From Bacillota bacterium (lineage in GTDB: Bacteria > Bacillota > Clostridia > Saccharofermentanales > Fastidiosipilaceae): a stretch of 61,297 nucleotides of DNA. Numbering within the stretch: the stretch's first letter is position 1; every line of letters starts with the position of its first letter. The notes under the pieces were generated by a model. It was not told where the DNA came from. It saw only the letters and a program-made list of their open reading frames with translations, and did no database searches. Made by a program: the position numbers and the translations under genes. This document shows positions 45,270-53,326 of the stretch, in pieces. The stretch covers positions 1 to 61,297 of the forward strand of contig JAEWGS010000027.1 in the NCBI GenBank assembly GCA_023388205.1, written 5' to 3'.

Positions 45270-46634
45270 TTACGCCACGCTGGTGTAGCTATCGCGCAAA
45301 AGGCGCATGGTCGCATCAAAACTGATATCCACACTGCGGCTCGCGGTCATAATTCGGATATTGCGAAGCTCCATTTGTTTCGCCATCCAATAACCAAAAA
45401 CGACTTCCGCCGTACAGCCCGTCAAGCGACCTTTATCTGCCAATCTCATCAATAAATTGTCTCGATCGCGACCAAAGTCTCGAATCTCATCCACCGCCTT
45501 GCTCCGCGCGACATAAGGAACAAGCGAAGCCGCCAATGAATGCTGGTAGAGACTTTCCACGATGCTCAAATCGCTTTTGGATCCTTCGCCTTGTTGCGCC
45601 AATGCTTCTTGCAAACGAGAAACGGGCTCATAAGCTTCTGCCACAATGCGCTCTGGGGACACGTCGCCGCCGGGGACGAGAACCTGGCTTAAGTAAACTG
45701 GGCCCAGGCCAGCGCGCACCACTCGGATGAGGCTTTGGAGGTTGGTCGCATCGGCTTTGAGCGCCAAAAAGTCCAAAATAATTTCGCGTTCACTCCCACA
45801 CTGTGAGGCATCCGCCCACTTGGCAAGTTCCTCGTAATACGCACGATCCAGCACGATATCAATCAAGCTCAAATCTTGGAAGGCCAAATAGGCACGCAGG
45901 GCTCTAAGCACCCCCTCGATCAGCATCGGATCGCAAGGAGAAGCGATGTAACCCCCGCGCAAAACCGTGATCAATTCGTCCCAAAGACGATCCGCTGGGT
46001 GATAGCCCTTCAGCAATCGACTTGCGACCTGATCCGGGTAAGGACCCTCATTTTGTTGCACACCGAGCGCATCCAAAATATCTTCCGTCTGAAATTGCTT
46101 CGTATCCAGAGAGCGATCTTTGCCGGTATAAGCCTGTGCCTGATTCAGCGCCGCCATAATCTCGTAGCGCGCGGGGTGAGATGCGATCTCTTCTTCCCCA
46201 AATCCGCCCTGCGTCGACGCGGCCTCTTGCCCTATTTTTGCCCCTTGCGCCTTCACTTCGTGACGCGCCTGTAGGAGCAAGGATTTCAGCATCCACTTGA
46301 CATTGTGGTAATCCTTTTCAAGCAAAAGCACCTGTGGCAAGACGCTTTGTGCGGCGACTTCTTTGATGAGCGCATCGATCCGTTCTTCTTCTCTCGCATA
46401 GCGTTCATCCAAAGTCTCGGCCTGTGGGTAAGCTGCCCGGTCCAAAATGTCGCCGAGCACGGCTAGATCTGTCGTCCGATCAGAAAAAAGGGTCAGCTCA
46501 TCATGATGAAGCAAAAGCCCTTCCAAGACGCGAAGACGACCGGTTGCATGACCAAAGCGCTGGTCCTGCGTCACCTGTCGATGCCAGCTTCTCGGGCGCC
46601 CTTTTGTCTTTCGACTTGTGTGTGCTGTCAACAT
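45270..46634 (-). CDS. ntpC: V-type ATPase subunit C (d-type), unusually long
   Basis: 454 aa in the C-subunit position with C/d-family-like helical repeats. The internal charged region (~aa 125-215) looks like an insertion. Confidence 0.8.
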   Translation of the reverse strand: MLTAHTSRKTKGRPRSWHRQVTQDQRFGHATGRLRVLEGLLLHHDELTLFSDRTTDLAVLGDILDRAAYPQAETLDERYAREEERIDALIKEVAAQSVLPQVLLLEKDYHNVKWMLKSLLLQARHEVKAQGAKIGQEAASTQGGFGEEEIASHPARYEIMAALNQAQAYTGKDRSLDTKQFQTEDILDALGVQQNEGPYPDQVASRLLKGYHPADRLWDELITVLRGGYIASPCDPMLIEGVLRALRAYLAFQDLSLIDIVLDRAYYEELAKWADASQCGSEREIILDFLALKADATNLQSLIRVVRAGLGPVYLSQVLVPGGDVSPERIVAEAYEPVSRLQEALAQQGEGSKSDLSIVESLYQHSLAASLVPYVARSKAVDEIRDFGRDRDNLLMRLADKGRLTGCTAEVVFGYWMAKQMELRNIRIMTASRSVDISFDATMRLLRDSYTSVA

Positions 46635-46675
46635 GTATCTTCCTTCGTTGTTTCCACAGCCTGTTTGAGGCCGAC

Positions 46676-47242
46676 TTAGCGATAAAGGCGATTTGCGATT
46701 TCCGTCTGATTCGCCTGTAGTTCGCTATCGATAATTTCGTCAAAGGTCAAAGACAAGGTCACACGCTCTCTTTTGAGCAAAATGCCCCCGTCAAAGTGCC
46801 CCGCTTCAGCAGAGGCCTTGATCGATTTAGAACAAGCCGCCACCAAAACCGGAGCTAAGGCCTGATCGGCCGGAGCCAAAACCAACTCATCACCCTCCAA
46901 GGCCTGCGCCTCCAAGAGTTGCAAATAAAAGGCTTGTTTTTTCTCCGTCGGCAGAGCCAAAAGCGCTTTTTTCGTCTCGCCTTTGACTTCTTCCATCAAG
47001 GCATTTTTAGCTTGCAGTTCAACGCGACGGCGCTCCATGTTGAGCTCTGACTGTAATCGGCGATCTGCCTGAGCTTGTCCCTGAACTAACTCTTCTTGAA
47101 AACGAGCCTCGGAGGCCTCACTGCGCGCCGCAGCTTCTTGACGCAATTGCTGCGCCATGGCCTCGGCGCGGGCCCGAATTTCTTCGGCTTTGGCCCGATA
47201 ATCCGATAACACCTTTTCGCGGATTTGATCCAATCCGTCCAT
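46676..47242 (-). CDS. ntpE: V-type ATPase subunit E (peripheral stalk)
   Basis: 188 aa with a long N-terminal coiled coil (IREKVLSDYRAKAEEIRARAEAMAQQL) and a globular C-terminus. Confidence 0.85.
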   Translation of the reverse strand: MDGLDQIREKVLSDYRAKAEEIRARAEAMAQQLRQEAAARSEASEARFQEELVQGQAQADRRLQSELNMERRRVELQAKNALMEEVKGETKKALLALPTEKKQAFYLQLLEAQALEGDELVLAPADQALAPVLVAACSKSIKASAEAGHFDGGILLKRERVTLSLTFDEIIDSELQANQTEIANRLYR

Positions 47243-47474
47243 GATTTTCTCCTTTTCCTATCTCGAAAACCCAGTCGATGTGGCCTTTGATGGCAGGCGC
47301 TTGATCCCGCCTTTCACTCAAGGTCACAGCGAAAGTCCAAGCGTCGCGCGCCGCAGATTCTCTTGCCGCAGCTTCTCTTTTAGACAGACGATATAGCTCC
47401 GCAAGAAGCACAAGCGCTAAAGGCACTTTGCCGCAGCTTGGTCCTGGACTTTGACCCAAGATTCAAATCTAAAA

Positions 47475-48002
47475 TCAGATCTGAGAGACAAAGAGGATGG
47501 AGAGCACGGACACCAAGAGCGCAAAGATCGCGTAGGTCTCAACCATCGCCGCCAAGATCAAGGCCTTGACCTGTTGATCCGGACGCTTAGCGACGAGAGA
47601 AACGCCGTCTGCCGCCACATTGCCCTGGAACTTCGCCGAGAAGTAGCCGACAAAAGCCATGGGCATGCAGGCCGCAAAATAGAGCGCACCTTTGACCAGC
47701 GTAATGTCACCCGCATTACCGCTGAGGAAGCCGCCGAAAATCAAGACAAAGAACCAGACGAGCAGGCCGTAGATCCCCTGAGAACCCGGAAGGGCCTGAA
47801 GCACGATGAGCTTACCGAACTTTTCAGGATCTTCGGTCAAGACGCCCGAAACCACCGAACCGACGTGGCCAACCGCCTTCGCCGAACCAATGCCCGCCAA
47901 GAGCGCCGCCAAAACGCCGCCCAAGAGCGTCAACACGGTTCCCGTGAAATAAGGGCTGCCCAGAATCTGAGTCACTTCATTCATAATTTCCTCCTGTGCC
48001 AT
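47475..48002 (-). CDS. ntpK: V-type ATPase proteolipid subunit K (c-ring)
   Basis: 175 aa with four TM helices. It aligns with E. hirae NtpK motifs (GIGSAKAVG, LPGSQGIYGL, FQGNVAA, AAMVETYAIF). Confidence 0.92.
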   Translation of the reverse strand: MAQEEIMNEVTQILGSPYFTGTVLTLLGGVLAALLAGIGSAKAVGHVGSVVSGVLTEDPEKFGKLIVLQALPGSQGIYGLLVWFFVLIFGGFLSGNAGDITLVKGALYFAACMPMAFVGYFSAKFQGNVAADGVSLVAKRPDQQVKALILAAMVETYAIFALLVSVLSILFVSQI

Positions 48003-48085
48003 TTGGCAACAAAATACTTAATTTATATCCGTGCGCCGCTTTCGCAAGAGACGCTTTCGGTCAATTGAATCAGAGAGACAAAGGC

Positions 48086-50185
48086 TCAGCTGAGCTTTTG
48101 TTCCTCAATCATGGGACGCACATATTCCGTACGCACCTCAAAAGGCTTAAAGGCCGTCCCGCCGCCTGTGTAGAAACGCCCGAAGAACTCAACGTATTGC
48201 AAGCGCGTCGTATGGACGTAAGCACTCAAGCCGGATAATGCCAAGTTCAAAGCGTGCCCAAAGAGCAACACCGGAACCGCAATGACCACGCCGAGCACCG
48301 TCGCGCCCGGAAGTGTCGCCAGCATATTGACCACCATCGCAATAACGCTCGTCGCCAAAGATAGCGCCAAAATACGTGTATAAGACAGAATATCGGACAA
48401 GAAACTCGTAATTCCATAAAGTTTCAACAGGCCACCGATCAGGCGTTTAATCGGGTTTTTGCTCTTGTTCGGCGAGAACAAAAGCACAATGCCCGCACCA
48501 ATCATCGCCAAATAAGCGAAGATCATCGACTGGGTTCCCGCGTAGCCAAAGCCAGCGCCAATGATGAGATACCAGGGGAAGACTTCCGCAAAAGCGCTAT
48601 AGACTTGCCCCGATCGGATCAAGAGGTACATGTTGATGCCCATCCCGAGGAAGAGGTGGATAACCCCGAAAATGACCGAAAACAGCATCAGCTTCATCGG
48701 GTCTTCCAGCGGATTGAACCAAAGCGGCTTGAAGTCGATGGCCGAGCCGCTCAGTGCCTTGGGCAAGTCGCCGAAGAATCCACCAAACATCGCCCCCCAG
48801 ATCATGGAGACAATCGAGCTCATAAAAAGAACTTTGCACATCCCTCGCATCGACTTGGACTCGACACGCGCCCCCCAGAGCAAAAAGCCCGTGAGCAAAG
48901 CTAAAACTAAGCCGTAGCCCACATCACTCAGCATCATGCCGAAGAAGAAGGCATATGTCGGCGCCATAATCGGCGTAGGATCAACATCGACCCCAGGCTT
49001 GGGGGGCGAGAACATCCCCACCACTTCTTCAAATGGCGCCAACAAACTGGCATTTTTAAGTAAGACGGGAGGATTTTCCTCTGGTGTCGCTTCTCGCCTC
49101 GAGACCGCCAAAGGATATCGCGCCGTCAACGTGCGTAAGATCGATTCGACTTGCGCCTGAGGAATATAACCTTGAACCACAAAGAGCGCTCCGGTTTGAG
49201 CGACGCGTTCCAATCCGCGCAACATATCTTGTCTCACGCGGTAAAAATCCGACAAGGCTTCAAAATCCGAACGATTTTCGGCCAAGGCTTTCATCTTCTC
49301 GCGGCAATCTTGCATTTCTGCGCGCAGCCCCTCCTCGAGAGACTGATGCTCATGCAAAGCAGCTGCATAATCCCCCGCGTAGTGTTCGGGAAGTTCCGGC
49401 AAGGGCGACAAACCATTTTGCAAAGCACTGCGATAAAGCGCCTCCGCTTCATCGCGATGGACCGCCAGGATCACCGCCAAACTCTCGCCCAGAGGGCGCA
49501 AAGGATCAAAGTGGAAATATTTAAACCCAAAAGCGCACAAACTCGACTCAAGTTCTTCCAAAGCCGCGTGACTTTGAACCACACCCGCATAGAGCTTGAC
49601 ATCTTCAAAAGAAGCCTGAAGCAAGGCCTGCGGCAGAGTCAAATCTTTCATTTGCTCCAACTGAGCTCGGCGGCTCCCCGCACGGCCCAGCTCCGCCTCC
49701 AAGCGGTGCAAGCGCTGCTCCTCATCTTCCAAGCTGCGCACGGCATCAATCAATTCCTTTTGACGCCCGGCATAACTTTGGAAGGCATCTTCCGAAACCG
49801 GCCGACGCTTCTTAAACATCGGCTTCTTTTGTGGTGAAATTTGAGCACAAAGCATCACGGCCGACTCAAGACGGTCAATGAGGCGCTGGGTTTCCGCGAT
49901 GTAGCGCGGATAGTCCGTCATCGCCCTGCTGAGCAAGCCCTCGTCCTGATTATCCGGATCCGCCAGCTGTGCCATGCGCGTCCTGAAGGCTTCATGGAAG
50001 TCCAAGCCTGGAATTTCCACCGCATAGCTGTGTTCAGAAAGCAAGCGACGCTCACGGATCTGAGCTTCAAGCTCCTCGTTTCGGCGCAGATCAAGTGCAC
50101 CCATCCGAATGAGCGCGTGAATCACCGCCGTCATATCTGTCTGTGACCCGATCAGGGTCACATGATCCATCTTAGCGATCGCCAC
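48086..50185 (-). CDS. ntpI: V-type ATPase subunit I (a-type stator)
   Basis: 699 aa with a coiled-coil N-half, a multi-TM C-half, and the conserved Arg motif LSYTRILALSLA. Confidence 0.92.
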   Translation of the reverse strand: MAIAKMDHVTLIGSQTDMTAVIHALIRMGALDLRRNEELEAQIRERRLLSEHSYAVEIPGLDFHEAFRTRMAQLADPDNQDEGLLSRAMTDYPRYIAETQRLIDRLESAVMLCAQISPQKKPMFKKRRPVSEDAFQSYAGRQKELIDAVRSLEDEEQRLHRLEAELGRAGSRRAQLEQMKDLTLPQALLQASFEDVKLYAGVVQSHAALEELESSLCAFGFKYFHFDPLRPLGESLAVILAVHRDEAEALYRSALQNGLSPLPELPEHYAGDYAAALHEHQSLEEGLRAEMQDCREKMKALAENRSDFEALSDFYRVRQDMLRGLERVAQTGALFVVQGYIPQAQVESILRTLTARYPLAVSRREATPEENPPVLLKNASLLAPFEEVVGMFSPPKPGVDVDPTPIMAPTYAFFFGMMLSDVGYGLVLALLTGFLLWGARVESKSMRGMCKVLFMSSIVSMIWGAMFGGFFGDLPKALSGSAIDFKPLWFNPLEDPMKLMLFSVIFGVIHLFLGMGINMYLLIRSGQVYSAFAEVFPWYLIIGAGFGYAGTQSMIFAYLAMIGAGIVLLFSPNKSKNPIKRLIGGLLKLYGITSFLSDILSYTRILALSLATSVIAMVVNMLATLPGATVLGVVIAVPVLLFGHALNLALSGLSAYVHTTRLQYVEFFGRFYTGGGTAFKPFEVRTEYVRPMIEEQKLS

Positions 50186-50501
50186 GGAAATTCAGGCTCC
50201 TTTCGACGAGATAATCCACGACTGAGTCTAACTGAGCTCGCCATGTTTCGGTTTGAGCTTTCAAGCTTTGACGATAAGTCTCAAGCTGACGCTCCATCTC
50301 TTCACGGCTTTTCGCTTCAAGCGCCTGCCGTTGTTGCTGGCGCTTCTCATGCACCGACTCATCAAAAGCGCGCTCTTTTGCTGCGATATCACGCTTAGCT
50401 GCTTCAAGAATCTCTCGTTCATCTTCTTGCGCCTGCTGCAAAAGCTGCTGCGCCTCATGTTCCAGAGTCTCAAGGGACTGAATCAAATGTTCTTCCGCCA
50501 T
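50172..50501 (-). CDS. V-type ATPase small coiled-coil stalk subunit (G/H-like; NtpF in E. hirae nomenclature)
   Basis: 109-aa charged helical protein, the first gene of the operon, overlapping ntpI by 14 bp. The RBS is AGGAGAGGTG. Confidence 0.7.
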   Translation of the reverse strand: MAEEHLIQSLETLEHEAQQLLQQAQEDEREILEAAKRDIAAKERAFDESVHEKRQQQRQALEAKSREEMERQLETYRQSLKAQTETWRAQLDSVVDYLVERSLNFRGDR

Positions 50502-50908
50502 GGAACACCTCTCCTAAAGAAATACACGTCGCAATATTAGAAATACGCTTCACGTTTGAGAATGACGCTTCTAAAAGATGCACGTAACAAATCCATGATA
50601 ACAAAGCCCCCCTCACCCTGTAAGGCTTTTTTGAGAATCTTTCTCCCCAAAACCACGTTTGAAGGCCTTCTTAAGAGGGTCTTTTTCAGCGTTTAATTAT
50701 TTTTTTCCATGTGAAGGCGGATCGTGGCGGATCTTCCGTCGCGTGCGGATCTTCCTTTTGAGCCCAGTCGTTAGGCCTTTCTCACCGCCGCTTTTCGAGA
50801 TGTCTAAGACGCTTTCTTTTGAAGAATGGGCGCCTCGTTCTCCTGTGATGGAGCTTCGTGCTCTTGTGTTAGAATCCTTTTACAACTCAAGTAAAAGAGG
50901 CAAAACTT

Positions 50909-52150
50909 ATGAAACATGAAAACCCTTCACGTTCCGCATTAGATTTTTTTCTAAAGTATGTCAAATTTGATACAAAAGCGGATCCCAAGTCAGGCCAAAC
51001 CCCTTCTAGCCCAGGTCAACGTGTCCTCGCGCAGCAATTAGCCGAAGATCTCAGCTCCTTCGGCGTGGATGTCACCATCTCCGAACACGCTTATGTCTAC
51101 GGCAAGCTGCCGGCCAACCGCGCCGAACTTGCGACCAAACGCCCGCTCGGCCTCATCGCCCATATGGATACCTCTCCGGATTTTTCAGGGAGCAACGTCT
51201 CGCCGCGCATCATCAAGTACATGGGCGGAGATATCGTCTTAGACAAAGAGCAAAACATCCGCACTGAGGCCGCTTTATTTCCTGAACTCAAAGACCTCAT
51301 TGGCGAAGATCTCGTCGTGACCAATGGCCACAGTCTGCTCGGTGCAGATGACAAGTCAGGTGTCAGCGAAATCATGGCGCTCTTTGCCTATCTGCACGCC
51401 AACCCTGATGTGCCGCACGGCCCCCTTCGGGTCTGCTTCACGCCGGACGAAGAAATCGGCGAAGGCACCAAATTTTTCGACTTCAAACAGTTTGACGCTT
51501 ACTACGCTTACACCATGGACGGCTCTTTGCTCGGTGAACTGGAGTACGAGAATTTCAATGCCGCAGCAGCCCGCATCCTCGTCCACGGTCGTTCGGTGCA
51601 CCCTGGTTCCGCCAAAGACCGTCTGGTGAACGCCGCGGCTTGGGCCTCGCGCTTCATCGCTTCGATGGATCCCGCTGACACACCCGAGCACACCTCTGGG
51701 CGCGAAGGCTTCTTCCACGTCGGCGACTTGCACGCGGGCGTGAGTGAAGCAGAAATCGAGATCATTATCCGAGACTTTGACAAAGAAACCTTTGCCCAAC
51801 GCAAGACCTATCTCAAAAACAAAGTCGAAGATTTCAACAAAATGTTTGACTATCCCGCCTTTGAGATCGAAATTCACGACCAGTATTTGAACATGAAAGA
51901 AAAAGTTGCGGAGCGTCCCGAGCTCATTGAGCGTGCGCGCCAAGCGATGGAAGCGATCGGGGTCACCCCAAAAGAAGCGCCCATTCGCGGGGGCACGGAC
52001 GGAGCGATGCTCTCTTGGAAAGGCTTGCCCTGCCCCAACATTTTCACAGGGGGCGCCAATTTCCACGGCCGCTATGAATACCTCGTTGTGTCGCATATGG
52101 AAAAAGCGGTTCAGTTCCTCAAAGAGTTGGTCCGGATCTACTCTGAATAA
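50909..52150 (+). CDS. pepT: Peptidase T (tripeptide aminopeptidase, M20B)
   Basis: 413 aa with FLKYVKFDTKADPKS, GLIAHMDTSPD, LGADDKSGVSEIM, FTPDEEIG and GGTDGA motifs. Confidence 0.94.
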   Translation: MKHENPSRSALDFFLKYVKFDTKADPKSGQTPSSPGQRVLAQQLAEDLSSFGVDVTISEHAYVYGKLPANRAELATKRPLGLIAHMDTSPDFSGSNVSPRIIKYMGGDIVLDKEQNIRTEAALFPELKDLIGEDLVVTNGHSLLGADDKSGVSEIMALFAYLHANPDVPHGPLRVCFTPDEEIGEGTKFFDFKQFDAYYAYTMDGSLLGELEYENFNAAAARILVHGRSVHPGSAKDRLVNAAAWASRFIASMDPADTPEHTSGREGFFHVGDLHAGVSEAEIEIIIRDFDKETFAQRKTYLKNKVEDFNKMFDYPAFEIEIHDQYLNMKEKVAERPELIERARQAMEAIGVTPKEAPIRGGTDGAMLSWKGLPCPNIFTGGANFHGRYEYLVVSHMEKAVQFLKELVRIYSE

Positions 52151-52205
52151 AATTCCTGCGCGCCTTAGGCAACCTAAAATAAGCAACATAAAATAGGCAA
52201 GATGA

Positions 52206-52246
52206 TTCAAATGCCCGCTCCTGAAATCAGGCTGCGGGCATTTGAA
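52206..52246. terminator. Strong hairpin between convergent pepT and the TrxR-like gene (no clear U-tract)
   Basis: Perfect 13-bp arms TTCAAATGCCCGC (52206-52218) / GCGGGCATTTGAA (52234-52246). Confidence 0.5.
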
Positions 52247-52307
52247 TATGCACTGTATTCCATCTAAATTGCAACACGGGATGATCTTTAGAATCCCCTC
52301 GATGATT

Positions 52308-53210
52308 TTAGGCGCAATAAGCCGCCGCCAAAACGCCTGCGAGCGTGCCGTCTGCCACGGCCGTGGACACTTGGCGCACGCTTTTTTCTCTCAAATCACC
52401 CGCCACAAAGACGCCCGGGATCTCCGTCTTGACCCCGTCTACGCTCTTCAAGTAGCCGTCTGCTTGTGCCAGACACGCGAGGCCCTCACTATTGGGCTTT
52501 TGGCCGATAAAGGCAAAGATGAAATAAGGGCCTTCTTCAAAGCTGCTCACTCCCTTATTCTTGTGCGCCACTTGAACCTTTGAAATCAGACCGTTTTCTT
52601 GCTCAACACCAACAATTTGGGACGCACAATGAATTTCAAAGCGCTCCGAGCCTTCGATCTGCTGTCTAAACTCGTGGATCATCATCAATTGAGGCTGATC
52701 TTGAATCAAAATGACCTTCTTCGCCACTTGAGCGAGCTTGAGCGCTTCTTTGGCCGCCCCATCCGAACCGCCAGCCACGAAGACCACACGATCTTTCACC
52801 GCGTCGAGCTGGGACAAAGTTTCATGAAAAACCTGAACCCCGTCCGCTTCAATCGGCAAAGCTTTCGGTGAAGAGCCCATCGCAAGCACCACCGCTTTGG
52901 CCTCATAGACAGCCTGATCCGTCGTCAAAACTTTCGTCTCTCCAATTAAGTCAAACTGAGTCACCCGTTCATAGCGAAGTGGTATTTGCGCCGCTTGAAG
53001 CTGAGCCTCTAGACGTTGAGCAAATTCCGGCCCCGTCTCACCCCCGAGAAGCGCCGCGTAGTGACTCACTAAGCTCACCGTGCCAATCAGGCCGCCCACT
53101 CGCTTGGCCTCTAAAACGAGGACCTCTTTACCGCGCGCCTTAGCATAAAGCGCCGCAGATACGCCTGCTGGGCCCGCGCCAACGACCAATACATCCACTT
53201 TATGATTCAT
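52308..53210 (-). CDS. Thioredoxin-reductase-like NAD(P)/FAD-dependent oxidoreductase lacking the CxxC redox centre
   Basis: The ATG at 53210 follows AAGGAG. It has an FAD fold VDVLVVGAGPAGVSAALYA, a second dinucleotide fold VVFVAGGSDGAAKEA and a C-terminal GVFVAGD. There is no CxxC anywhere in the protein. Confidence 0.8.
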   Translation of the reverse strand: MNHKVDVLVVGAGPAGVSAALYAKARGKEVLVLEAKRVGGLIGTVSLVSHYAALLGGETGPEFAQRLEAQLQAAQIPLRYERVTQFDLIGETKVLTTDQAVYEAKAVVLAMGSSPKALPIEADGVQVFHETLSQLDAVKDRVVFVAGGSDGAAKEALKLAQVAKKVILIQDQPQLMMIHEFRQQIEGSERFEIHCASQIVGVEQENGLISKVQVAHKNKGVSSFEEGPYFIFAFIGQKPNSEGLACLAQADGYLKSVDGVKTEIPGVFVAGDLREKSVRQVSTAVADGTLAGVLAAAYCA

Positions 53211-53326
53211 CGTATCGCTCCTTTTCCTTGCCTCACACAGTTTCATGAGGCCCTGTCTTTTCATCGCCTTTTCAACGCTGCTTCATTCGCCACTTGAATC
53301 TTTTCACCCAAGCACTCCGAAAATCT

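Noticed and set aside
47118-47459. 113-aa minus-strand ORF spanning the ntpK-ntpE spacer and overlapping ntpE out of frame.
   Set aside because: It has a non-ATG start, no RBS, overlaps the well-supported ntpE start, and gives a low-complexity translation.
51356-52210. 284-aa ORF antisense to pepT. Similar long antisense ORFs occur at 36996-37745, 57350-58087, 59543-60232, 49151-49837, 9566-10231, 8135-8779 and 47451-48068.
   Set aside because: Each lies fully inside a confidently identified gene on the opposite strand. They have low-complexity, Arg/His-rich translations with no recognisable motifs, as expected from stop-poor antisense frames of moderately GC-rich genes.
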